Shown here: positions 12,601 through 24,049 of the stretch, piece by piece
Layout of the letters: every line of letters starts with the position of its first letter
Position numbering within the stretch: the first letter of the stretch is position 1
Source of the DNA: Atractiella rhizophila
Taxonomy: Eukaryota
Length of the DNA: 64,000 nucleotides
Assembly: GCA_021432655.1 (NCBI GenBank)
Contig: MU271288.1
Coordinates: forward strand, 1-64,000
Direction of reading: 5' to 3'
Position numbers and translations under genes: made by a program
Notes under the pieces: model-generated
The model's input: the letters and a program-made list of their open reading frames with translations, nothing else
Database searches by the model: none
What the model was told of the DNA's origin: nothing

Positions 12601-14446
12601 GAGTTTGGATATATATGAGTAATGCTTTATTAATAGAAGGCGAGAGACAACCCTCACTCAGTCACTATTGTTCAAATCAAACACGGTTGCTATTCCACCT
12701 ATTGTGCTTTTGTTGTATCATCTGCTCTCAGGGTGGGCATCTTTCACCAATTCGTCCTGACCTAACACCTTGCCTCTCTTCTTTACTTCGCAGAGAAGTC
12801 TCTTTCGCCGCTCTGAGATCAGCAAAATTGCAGGACGCAACATGTGGAGAAATCAAAGAAGAATGGACTGCGAAGGTTCCAGAACCTGAAGGCGTCATCG
12901 CAGGGAGCGTTGAACCCTAAACCATGGACTTCTCTGCCGATCCCAGTTTCGCCTAAGTCTATGTATAGACTGGCTGACGGTTCAGTTTTCCTTCATGAAT
13001 GAGAACTCCGGCTAACACCACGTAAAGAGCACAGAATCATCCCATTGCGAGAGCTGGCTTTGCAAAGTATCATTGAAGGTTTGACAGTTCAGGGGGTTCT
13101 GGCTGAAGTGTGCTCTCCCTTTGCGCAGGAATACGATGAAGTGAGAACAGCGGTGGTGCAATATCTGGCTTGGCATTTGGTATGCTTTAACCTTTCTATC
13201 CAGCTGCCACAATCTTTGATTGACTTATTAATTGCAATGGGATAGGCGGAGGTCGTTGAAACACCAGGGTATGCTGTATTCCATACCTGGCTTCATCGTG
13301 GGAGAAATTATCGAAGAAGTGAGGCGGTGTAGCGGTTCTTAGTGGGGGGTTGTACGAGTTACGAGTGGTGTGGTGGTGGTGGTGGTGGTTGATTCTCCAT
13401 TTTTCCCTTTGTACATACATTTAGCTACCACAGGTGCCGACTCGAGGAGAGAAAAGTCATTAGGGGTAAGGAGACTGGTCAGGAGAAACAAAATGATTTT
13501 ATCCTTGAGAAACCAAATGGATACATGTAAAACCAAATGAAATATTAAAATAGAACTGAGATTCTTAAAGGCCTTCATGTGAGAAGAGAGCATGGAAATG
13601 TTTCAGTCATTGGGTGTGAAAATGGCCACCAAGTGCCGCCCCCGGGGCAGCGTCTCTAGGATCCATGATTGCGCATTGTCGGATTCCTTGCCTTCCCTTT
13701 TCCCCCGCTTTCCAGGAATCCTGAATGGCCCAAACCACCGCGCTTCCAGTTTTCGTGAGTGTTGGTTCGAATGCTACTGTCTAATACTATTACAAGATCG
13801 TTTACCGCAAACTTGACTAGGTGTGCATGCTTATCAAGTTCTCCTTCATCTTCCCTGCATACCTCATCCTATTTGCAAAGGCTTGTTCCCGTTTTGCTTC
13901 CATTTTAGTGATGTATACTTCTACTTCTTTCCTCGATGGTTCCCCCTTTCTCTTTCGTGACTAGGTCTCGAACATGTTCTGGGGTCAGTGCTTGGCATTT
14001 GGATGGGTTCCCAGCCATGTAAGAGCTCTATGGGCATGAAGCCATGGCTTCTTGTATGGTCTCAGTTGAGGGAGTTGATGTCGTCCTCCATCCTAATTGC
14101 CCAGGTGCTGTTTGCATCGGTTTCACAGGGTAGTGCATTCCTTCGGCAGCACTCAAGGTATATGTGGTTTTTGTTCTCGAGGAAACCATTTGTGGAGGGC
14201 TGGAGTGTGGGTGAAGTGTGCAATGGTTCTTACCTCCCGGATGTATGCTTTCAGCTCCTCATTACTGAACGTCCAGCCTTCATCGAACTTGCATGTAGAG
14301 GTGGTCCAGCATGATTTACGACTTTGTTGAAGATTCGCATCCCAAGTTCCGCCTTCTCGTTTGATGACATTACTTGATGGGTGACTGGAACACTTATGCC
14401 TCCTACTTTCTGGGAGCATTCACTTCTCTTAGTATCCTTACCTTAC

Positions 14447-14707
14447 TGTGGTGTGTGTTCAAGTTTTCTCTTCACTTCCAATTACACCTTCTCATTATTC
14501 AGCATCTTTCTCTGATAAAAGTGAGTCCCCTGTGAGTGTGAGACCACATCCTTATTGGTTGGTCTCGCACCTCACAGGTAATGTATTTCATCGTTACATA
14601 GCTAGAATTACATCCTTATTGGTTGGTCTCGCACCTTGCAGCCTCACACCCTGTCACCCTCGTAAACTCATCATTACTGCCCATCTGAATCCTGTAAAGT
14701 GATCACA
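14447..14707 (-). repeat. Putative LTR (Gypsy-like), with a possible gag remnant downstream on the minus strand (about 14419-13000)
   Basis: TGTG..CACA ends, internal 27-bp direct repeat (14546-14572, 14610-14636), minus-strand ORF starting at 14419. No TSD or partner LTR seen. Confidence 0.35.
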
Positions 14708-15164
14708 TCCTATCGTGACTTTACAAACCGGTTTCCCAAACTTGCGCAGCTTCTTGCACTCAGGAAGTGTAAGGACGTCAAATGATACCAAGGCGAGTGG
14801 CGCTAGTTTGAGTATCGGGTGCAGGATGAAAATTTTGACTTGAGGGACCAAAGTGTTGGCATTCTGGGCATGAGAGCACAAATTTTGTGATGTCCGCTGG
14901 TACAGTTGGCCAGTAGTAGCGTTGTTTGATGTACCAAAGTGTCAAGTCTCGTCCTCTGTATCGTTGCTTCTCATGAGTTGCTATGACTAGGCTTTTCACT
15001 TCTTTCTTCGGGATGCAGCAGTATTCCCTTCCTTTCTGGACGAAGTATAGTTCACCATCACAGCAGATATAAGAGTTTGCACGTCGACGAGTGATGGTAG
15101 GTCTTATCCTGAGTCTGACACATACTGACAGATACTGACTTAAAGGGCTTTTCTGGTGCTCCAA
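14708..15164 (-). mobile_element. Ty3/Gypsy integrase fragment (zinc-binding HHCC region)
   Basis: CIPKKEVKSLVIATHE..GRDLTL..IKQRYYWPTVPADITKFVLSCPECQ. Confidence 0.75.
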
Positions 15165-15519
15165 TACACAAAGGGCACCACCTAGTAGTATTCTCTTCGA
15201 TTGCTCAACCTGTGCTTCAATTTGGAAACTGCCCAGAAGTAATCAATACATCAAGAATCACATGGATCATGTTAGTCTAGAAACCTAGCTCCTCGTCATT
15301 CCTTGGGCAGGCTTTTATATTGCGTCCATCGAGGGCTCAGATTGTTGGTAGGGTGGGAGCTTCAAGAGGCTCCTGCCCATGTGGGAGTGTTGGATTAGGT
15401 GTTACACGGTGTTGTGTTTGTGTGGTCACCTTGGTTCTGTTTGCTCACTTCATGTATTTGACCCCCTAGGGAGCTGTCCAGGCAGTCATCATCTTTGACC
15501 ACCAATTCCTGTCCCCTAG

Positions 15520-16538
15520 CTCCATCTAGCATAAGATTCTCTCAGGTGTTTCATTTGACCATGGTGCTCAGGGTTCTTGGATACCTGGAGAGTGCTATCT
15601 GTGAAGAGAGCTGTAGGACCTTGAGGAGTGAGGCCAATTTCTTTTAAAAGATTCCTTAGCCAGATGACTTCTTGGCCAGCTGAAACTCACGAGACATATT
15701 CTTCCTCCATTGTAGAAAGGTCAATAAGGGATTGTAGTTTGCTGCTCCAACTGACTGCTCTATTACCTACCTGAGGAGATAACCTCCAGTAGAACATCCA
15801 GTATCCTTGGCATCCAGCAAAATCTGCATCACAGAAGGCGTGAAAAGGTTGCTTGAGGTCAAAACCAGCTGCAGAATACTCAATTCCTAAGTTCTGAGTG
15901 CCTCTGAGGTATCATAGAAGATGGTTGGCCGCTTCCCAGTGCATCTTTCCTGGGTTAGAGAGGTATTTTCCAAGGACAGAGACTGGATGAGCAATATCTG
16001 GACGAATGGAGATGGCCAAGTACATCATAGATCCCACAATGTTGCTGTAAGGGATTGTATGCATTTCTTCTTGCTCTTCCTTCGTCTGAGGGCAATCCTG
16101 CTTGCTAAGATTATGTCCAACATTGAGAGGGATGAGGACAGGATTGCATTCGTCCATCTGTTGGCGTTCTAGGAGGTCCTTGACATACTGTTCTTGATCC
16201 AACCACATCATTCTTCGCTTCATATCCCTCCCAACACGAACCCCAGGTAGGAATTCCGTTGATCCAATGTCTCTGAGCTTGAATCGCTTCCCTAACTCAC
16301 TCTGGAAGTCCTCCACAGCACCTTTAGATGTGCATGTGCTAGTGATCATAATATGATCCAAAAGGACTGGGGCAAGTACTTTGGTGTCCCCGTTTGAGTA
16401 AATCCACAGACTGGAGTCGCTCTTGATCTTCTTACATCCCATATCGACAAGTTCCTTATCGATTTTCTGCTGCAATTGACGTCCTCTTGCCTTGTGCCAT
16501 AGATGGGCTTGATTAACTTGAGAACATACTCTGGAGGA
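15520..16538 (-). mobile_element. Ty1/copia RT/RNase H remnant from a different family than element 1
   Basis: VLKLIKPIYGTRQ, FKLRDIG, LDQEQYVKDLLER, PYSNIVGSMMYLAISIRPDIA, NPGKMHWEA; degenerate RNase H further on. Confidence 0.85.
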
Positions 16539-17229
16539 CCCAGAACCGTTCCACTGGCCATATCAACTCGAAGTATCCGACTCTCCTTGCGTACCACAAA
16601 CATGCGAGATCTCATCTCCGGAAAACTGAACGGTTAGTTGGATAATTGTCTTGAGCGGCACAGGTAGATGCTGAAGCGTTCCTGCTGAACGGAGGTAAAT
16701 GTCTCCATCGCCGTATGGCTCAAAAATGTGTTCTTCTGCATCTCGTACATCAATATCCATCCGAGGAGCAGTGTCATTGTGTAACTCCGGAACGCTGAGA
16801 GGTTGAAAAACTGCGACATCTTCGTCTTCCGACGGAGGATGAATTCGAGAAACTCCTCCAGTTCCTCCCTCCCACGACGGGCTGCTTCAACCCAGTCATC
16901 TCCACATCGTCTGCCTCAGAGTTGAGGCTCCACACCCATCTCCTGCTATCCCTTTCTAGAGCGTGGAAACCTCCATCGAGCGTATGAACTAGCACCAGCG
17001 GAGAGAGACTGTGTATCGTCGGTTCGGAAGATGGGGGGATTGCGAAAGGAGAATTGAAGGATAAGGAGGATAGTATATCGAGGTGTAGAGGCGATAGAGG
17101 AGGCGTGGATACCGTCAATGGACGAATGGCTTGGGATTGGATTGCGGTGTTTACGTTTGGATTGAGGGTTTGAGGAAGTGATGATTGGGAGAAAGTTGCT
17201 GGGAGAAGAGCGAGCAGGGCTGCGATCAT
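16539..17229 (-). pseudogene. IRE1: 5' fragment of an IRE1-like ER stress sensor (signal peptide plus luminal domain), frameshifted and truncated
   Basis: MIAALLALLPATFS signal peptide; LVLVHTLDGGFHALERDSRRWVWSL, IFEPYGDGDIY..LQHLPVPLKTII, PFSFP..MFVVRKESRILRVDMASG resemble the IRE1 luminal domain. No TM, kinase or RNase part. Confidence 0.7.
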
Positions 17230-18285
17230 GACAGGAGGTATGGAGAAGAAAGAACCACGAGTGTATTGCTGAATAAGTCGAAAGAAAGCATTACCACCAG
17301 TTCTGCATTACCCAATGTCCCACAAAGCCCCACTTATGTCTAGGCTAACTCAAACGAAAATCCTGCTTCCAAGATAACCCAAGACTTGAATGTCGAAGTT
17401 CTTGCCCAGTTGTTTTAACGCAGTCGTTGCCAGAGAATATTGAGCGTTGGTTGGAGATATACTGAGATACGGGAGACAGGAAGGGAGTACCAAGGTCGTG
17501 GGCAATTTGGTGTCGGTTTGTCATTCAGCCGAGCTCCGAGCTTCATGAAGCCTTCGCCTAAGCTTCGCCCCAAACCGACCAATGCTTTCCTTTCGTCAGC
17601 TGAGCACGGTTTTGAGAATGATATGAGCGCTCTCAGTTGTATTGCTTTGCGCTATCTTGACCGTGCGGATCCTTTGAATGGCTGATTATGCTGACCTTCA
17701 CAGACAGTATATCTCAGTGGAAGGAGGACCTGCATGAAGAACTCTAGTATGTAAACTCCATTCTGCATTCCTACTGTTGTCGTTTATGATTCATCCTGCC
17801 ATCTCATTTGAGTCGCAATTCTAGAACATTCCTCTTTTGCCACAAGTTATCCCTTCTCGCTTTTTTTCTGATCTTACTTTTCTTGAAGATTCTAGAACAA
17901 TGTATCCACAAGTATTATAAAGCCTGAAAAGCGAAATGATGATTATTACATTCTGCAATAACAACAGGTTATGAGCCCAACAACATAGACATAAAACAGC
18001 ACCCTACCAGCCAAGCACATCACAAACGAGACAATGTACCAACGCATCCAATCCCTGATAGCAGCCCCACGCAACGATGTCCGAGTCCTTCAATACATTC
18101 AAGATCGAGCCGCTGAAGACGAATAACTGGGTGGTGTACAAGAGACGCATCACAGCCGTCCTGCAAGAAGGCGACTTGTTAGACTATGTCATTGGAAAGA
18201 AGAAAGGCCCTCACGTGAAGATGGCGAAGACGACACCATTGCGAATCGAGACGCTCTAGATGAATGGGGCACCAAGGACTCGAAT

Positions 18286-18475
18286 TGTTGGAGATGTGTA
18301 AAAGTAAAATGTTAGTAATACTTTCTTCATGAACATTCTGGAAGTTTCTATTTGCCACAAGCTCTCATATATATAAACACCTGTTCTTGTGTTTCTGCTG
18401 CTCATGCGTTTGCAAGAGCTCAGCCAAATGTAATACATTTGTTTGAGGTTAACAAAGCAGCAGAGAAAAACAACA
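18286..18475 (+). mobile_element. Solo LTR (family B) inserted in gag of copia element 2
   Basis: TGTTGG..CAACA; near-TSD CGAAT/CAAAT; gag reads through when it is removed (EWGTKDSN|AQT); homologous to 44704-44886. Confidence 0.9.
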
Positions 18476-19118
18476 CAAATGCCCAAACAATAATCGAGCT
18501 GCTGACGATTTCGGACAGCGAGTTGATCCATTTGGCGGGAGCAAAGACGGCAGATATGTGGAAACAGATGTGGCGGTGAAAGAGGCCTAGCTGCAAGGTG
18601 GCGGTTATATCGCTCGTATGCTGAGGAAGGATTCAGCATGGTAGAACACATCTCCGCATTCAGAGGAGTTCAAGAAGAACTTGCCTTGATGGGGGATACC
18701 CTCAAACAAAGATGAGGATTTCACATTCCTCCTGATCACGTCCATTCCCCGAATCTTGGGACACTTTCACATCCGCATATTTTGACGCCAACTCCAACAA
18801 ACCAACTCTCTTGTCCTACGAACTATCGGCGTTATTAATCGAAGAAGAAGAAAGGCGAAGAAAGGACTAGAGAAACAGCACTATTTCTGAAAGGGAAAGG
18901 ATGGTGAAACCGAAAGCGGGAGGTGGAGGAGACAGGCCTGACATTGAGTGTCTCAACTGTCACAAGAAAGGACACATGACGATTGACTGCTGGGCCAAAG
19001 CAGGAGGAATGGAAGGTCAGAAACCAAGGAATTCGGAAGAAGAAAAAAGGAAAGGCTTCCCAAGCCTTGGAAGCCCCGAGGTCAATGTCAACAACGCCAT
19101 TGTCGATTCTGCATTCAA

Positions 19119-22064
19119 CGGCCGGGTTTTTCGGAAGATGATACGGGGTCAAGAATTTATATATGATAATCGATGGGTAGTGCCCTCTAACCCTTGGGTC
19201 CTAAGGAAGTTTCTGGCTCACATCAACACGGAGATCTGTATCTCAATTCGCTCTATCAAATATGTCTTTAAATACGTATACAAGGGGCCAGATAGAGCAC
19301 AATTAGTCTTAGAATCAGATGCCAGTGGAGCGAGAGAGCCAGTGGATGAGATTAAAGAGTATTTAGATGCACGGTATGTTGGTGCTTCGGAAGGTTCGTT
19401 TTGTCCATTCTCCAAAAGTTGACAGTTAAGTAGTGTTATAATTTTTAGCGTGCTGGCGGATTTTCCACTTCAAGCTTCATGATCACTCTCCAACTGTGAT
19501 TCGACTGAGCATTCATCTTCCAAATCAACAGATGGTCATTTTTAATGCAGAAGACGATCAACCTGAAGATATACTTTCAAGGAGAAACATTGGGAAAACA
19601 ATGCTCAGCGAATTTTTCCAATTTTGCCATGACTCTCCCCAGGTCTCCCGATTATGGACCTATCCTCAAGCACCTCGACACTTGGTCTGGCAGAGTAGTT
19701 CAAAGCGCTGGAAGATACGTGAGAAAGGCGATGCTATTGGTCGGATATATTATATTGCGCCATCACAAGGGGAGCTCTTTTATCTTCGACTACTTCTTCA
19801 CAAGGTCCCAAGTCCTAAATCTTTTGAAGATATTCGTACAATTGATGGTCAAGTTCACGAAACATTCAAAGCAGCCTGTGTGGCGTCAGGTCTACTGGAA
19901 AGTGACGAAGAATGGGATCTATGTCTGGAAGATGCCAACGCAATCAAACGAGGATCAGCAATCCGTCCTCTTTTTGTCTATATTGTGGTCTTTGGAGTTG
20001 CGAGCGAACCATTACAACTGTTTCGAAGACACTATGACAAGCTCAATGACAACTGTGCACATCTTCTGCAAACAGTTTATGGAATTGCTGCACCTTCTGA
20101 AGACCAGATCCGAGACTTATGCCTTATCGAGCTGGAGGATCTGCTACATGGTCTAGGCAAGACACTAGAGGAGTATAGGTTGCCGTTACCTGCTCACAGG
20201 TTTGAACGATGGGGAGGAGAGACAAGAATAATTGGAGAAGAGCTGCGTACAACGTTACGGAGTTAGAGCAACATCTTGATAGGGATCTTCCTCTTATGAA
20301 TGAGGATCAACGACATGCATACGATACAATCATCGAAGCCTGGCAGAGTGGCACCAGAGGACTCTTCTTTCTTGATGGGCATGGAGGAACTGGAAAGACT
20401 TTTGTTCAGAATCTTATACTGGCAAGAGTAAGATCATCCAAGAAGATTGCACTAGCAGTAGCCTCTTCTGGAATTGCTGCTATTCTGCTTGAAGGTGGTC
20501 GTACTGCTCATACGCGATTCAAGATTCCCCTCAATGCAGATGCTCAATCAGTTTGTGGTATTTCCGCTCAAAGTGATCATGGAAGGCTATATGTCGAGGC
20601 AGAAATTATCCTGTGGGATGAAGCCATTATGAGTGATCGCCTCTCTGTCAGCTGTATGGATTGGTGGGGGTAGGACCTTAAAAAGGATTCAAGACCATTT
20701 GGAGGAACACTTATGGTTTTCTGTGGTATGATACTTCCCTCTAAGTAGTTCTTTATTAACATACTGTTCACAGGAGATGGCAGACAATGTCTTCCGGTAG
20801 TGCCAAATGGAAGCCGAGCTCAGATTGTGGATGCCTGCATCATTAATTCTTACTTCTGGCCGAATGTTCAAGTCCTGCCTTTGAAAACCAATATGTGCCT
20901 TCTTTGAGGCCAGCAGGAAATGACTCCAGCCGAATTTCAGCATGCGACCAGATTTGCCCAGTGGCTCCTTGATGTTGGAAATGGTCTCACTGATAATCCG
21001 TCAGACAATGGATGTGGGGCCTTAACGATACCAGATGGATCTATTATTCCATCCCACGAAGGACTAGATGGTCTGTTGCGCTTAATTTACGGACAACTAG
21101 ATTCTCTGTGAAATATCCCTGCTCTGAGCTTCCTTCAAGAATACTTCCGGGTTTGCATGATTCTAGCAGCAAAGAATGTGGATGTGGATGGCATCAATGA
21201 TCGCTTGATTCAATGGCACGAATCCACAGGAGATCGGGTATATTACAGTGCAGATCAAATTATAGATGACGAGGGAGATCTCAGGAATCGCTTCTCTGTT
21301 GAGTACCTGAATACCCTGGAGATCTCTGGATTCCCTTCGCATCGTTTACACCTCAAGATTGGTGCACCCATCATTCTTCTGCGAAATCTCAATCCATCTG
21401 CTGGCCTGTGCAATGGCACACGCCTCATAGTCACTCAGCTTCTCCGGCGAGTCATCGAAGCAACCATCATTATAGGTGCACACAGTGGCGAATCAGTTCT
21501 CATTCCTCAAATCGGCATTGACAGTGTAGTATCAAACCAGCTTCCTTTTCAATTCCGGCGCTTTCAATTCCCTGTGCGCTTAGCATTTGCCTTAACTCTG
21601 AATAAAGCGCAAGGACAATCTGTTGGACATGTGGGTTTGTACTTAGAGTCTTCTCCTTTCTCTCATGGGCAGCTTTATGTTGGTCTTTCACGGGTTTCAA
21701 ACGCGAACAATTTACGAGTATTGGTCAAAACAAAGCAAGGAGAGAGGAAAACAAGCAAACAGATAATGTAGTTTACAAAGAAGTGTTACGAGTACTCAAT
21801 CATTGATCATCTCTCAGCATGTTCCTAACAGTATAGTCAAAAGCTGAAGTGGTTCTCCGAGGTACGAGGAGACCACTCGGCTTTTCATTGTTTTTTGAAG
21901 ACAGTAGAGTACATATGGTGAGTCTGTGCTCGCCGAAGGCGAGGCCCCACGCAGTGGCTGCCAGAGGCAAGAGCTCCAGGCAGTGGCCGCTGGAGGCTGG
22001 GGTCCAAGGGGCGAAGCCCCTGGCGGGGGGGGATGCCCGAGGGACGAGGGCACTGACACACTTG
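19119..22064 (+). mobile_element. 5'-truncated Helitron: Rep C-terminus plus PIF1-like helicase, with introns, pseudogenised
   Basis: DNRWVVP.NP, SIKYVFKYVYKGPDRA, EIKEYLDARYV, GELFYLRLLL, FFLDGHGGTGKT, ASSGIAA.LLEGGRTAH, LRNLNPSAGLCNGTRL, RRFQFPVRLAFALTLNKAQGQS, FSHGQLYVGLSRV; GT-AG introns near 19395-19448 and 20726-20774; hairpin-rich 3' end finishing CTTG|T. Confidence 0.95.
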
Positions 22065-23196
22065 TTCGTCGAAAAGAGACGAAGACGGAAATGTGAAGCG
22101 CAACAAAGCAAGGCTAGCAGCGAAGGGATTCTCTGAGATCCCTGGTCAAGATTTCAATCAGACCTTCGCACCTGTAGCTCGTTTAGAATCACTACGAGCT
22201 ATCATTGTACTTGCAGCAGCCAAAGGTTGGAAAATCCACCTTATGGATGTCGTAGGCGCTTATTTTAATGGAGAATTGGAGGAGGACCTCGAACTCTATA
22301 TGAAGCAACCTCCTGGATTCGATGACGGATCAGGCAGAGTGCTTAGACTCGTCAAAGGACTTTAGGGTCTAAAGCAAGCGGGCAGAATTTGGAATATACG
22401 ACCCACAAAGCTCTAACGGAGCTTGGCTTTACGAGATCGAATGCAAACCACTGTGTCTATATCAGAAAACAAGACGACAAGACGGTCATCTTGCTAGTTA
22501 GGGTGGACGATATTATTGTTGTCCGACATAATGACAATGTGATTCTGGAAGTCAAACAGACCATCCAGAAAGTCTTCGATGCAACAGATCAAGGAGAAGG
22601 CAACTTGTTACTTGGGATTCAAATCATACGATTAAATGGAACTGTCACATTGTCACAGGCAAGCCACATCGATAGCATGCTCACGAAATACCAGCTGCAA
22701 GACGCAAAGCCGGTATCCACCCCACTTGATACAAACTGCAAGTTATTACCCAATGAAGGAGAAGTCAATCAAGACGCGCAGAAGCTGTATCAAGCAGCTA
22801 TCGGTTCTCTTATGTACGCTGCACTGGGAACGAGACCAGACATCGCGTTTGCAGTGCAGACACTCTCAATTCTCCTCAAACCCAAACGCAACGCATTGGA
22901 CGGCAGTCAAACGAGTATTTCAATACCTCAAGACTACCAAAAACCTTACGCTCACCTACGATGGAGAAGGAGGAGGTATTGATGATATTATTGGATTTAC
23001 AGACACGGATGGAAATTCAAATGAATCAAAGGGACGAAAAGCCATCTCTGGCCACGTCTACATACTTTGAGGGGGTGCGATTTCCTGGTCTGCAAAGAAA
23101 CAGACAACGACAGCCTTATCCACCACAGAGGCTGAATACGTTGCCCTATCATACGCTGCTCGCGAAGCCATTTGGCTACGAAAGCTCTTTACAGAC

Positions 23197-23402
23197 TGTT
23201 GGAAATCGACAGGCTGAGGAGCGGAGCTAAGTACGACTTGGTTACGTTTGGCTGAGCTCTTGCAAACGCATGAGCACCAGGAAATGGAATTCTATGTGTT
23301 TATATAGCTTACAGCAGTGGCAACTTGAAAATAGTAGAACATTCCAGAAAACTAAAGAACTTTGCCACTGAGTGGCACGAAACTAGACTGCAAAATCCAA
23401 CA
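23197..23402 (-). mobile_element. Solo LTR (family B-related) inserted in RNase H of copia element 2
   Basis: TGTTGG..CCAACA with perfect TSD CAGAC; contains the reverse complement of TGCTCATGCGTTTGCAAGAGCTCAGCCAAA found in 18286-18475. Confidence 0.9.
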
Positions 23403-24049
23403 CAGACTTAGGATTTCAAAAGGACGTACCAACAGTCCTGTTCTGCGACAACGACAACCAAGGAGCTATCGCCCTCGCTTACAACCCTGAGTTCCATAGA
23501 CGCACAAAGCATCTCGACATTATTCATCATTTCATTCGAGACCACGTCGAACTTGGATCGATCTCAGTTTCTTACGTACCCACTGAAGAAAACTTAGTGG
23601 ATATCTTTACGAAAGCGTTGGCTAGACCTAAGGTAGAGAAGCTTAGTGAGGAAATGGGATTGATGGCAGTCTGAGGGGGTGTGAATAGGAGACAGTTGTA
23701 GACTCTTTGTGGACAATGAACAAAACACTTCCTTTCTGAAGCGAGCGGCGTTTGCGCCGTGTGAAACACAATGAAAAGTTCCCGAGACTTGCGCTGAGAC
23801 TGCATGGGCATTGATGAGTAGAATTGCATAGGAGTGCAGCAGTACAAGTGAATCGAACAAGTTTTTCTGCATGCAATGACACGACAAAGGGATAGAAACC
23901 TGACGTCCCGCTTTTACTCAGGTCTCGTTCTGACTATCGTACCTCAATAACTTATAATGATCAGTCATATAAATACGATAACTCACGTATCGGGGGTCAG
24001 CCGTCCATACGTTGGGATTGTTGATCGTAAAAGTCGGGGGTCACAAATT

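Larger units (their letters stand above)
17775..23681 (+). mobile_element. Degenerate Ty1/copia element 2 (related to element 1) with nested insertions and an internal deletion
   Basis: 5' LTR 17775-17966, PBS GGTTATGAGCCC 17967-17978, gag MSESFNTFKIEPLK from 18077, RT/RH 22066-23674, PPT 23673-23681. PR, IN and a matching 3' LTR are absent. Confidence 0.9.

Noticed and set aside
13365..13390. (GGT)n tract giving poly-His or poly-Thr in ORFs
   Set aside because: Simple microsatellite.
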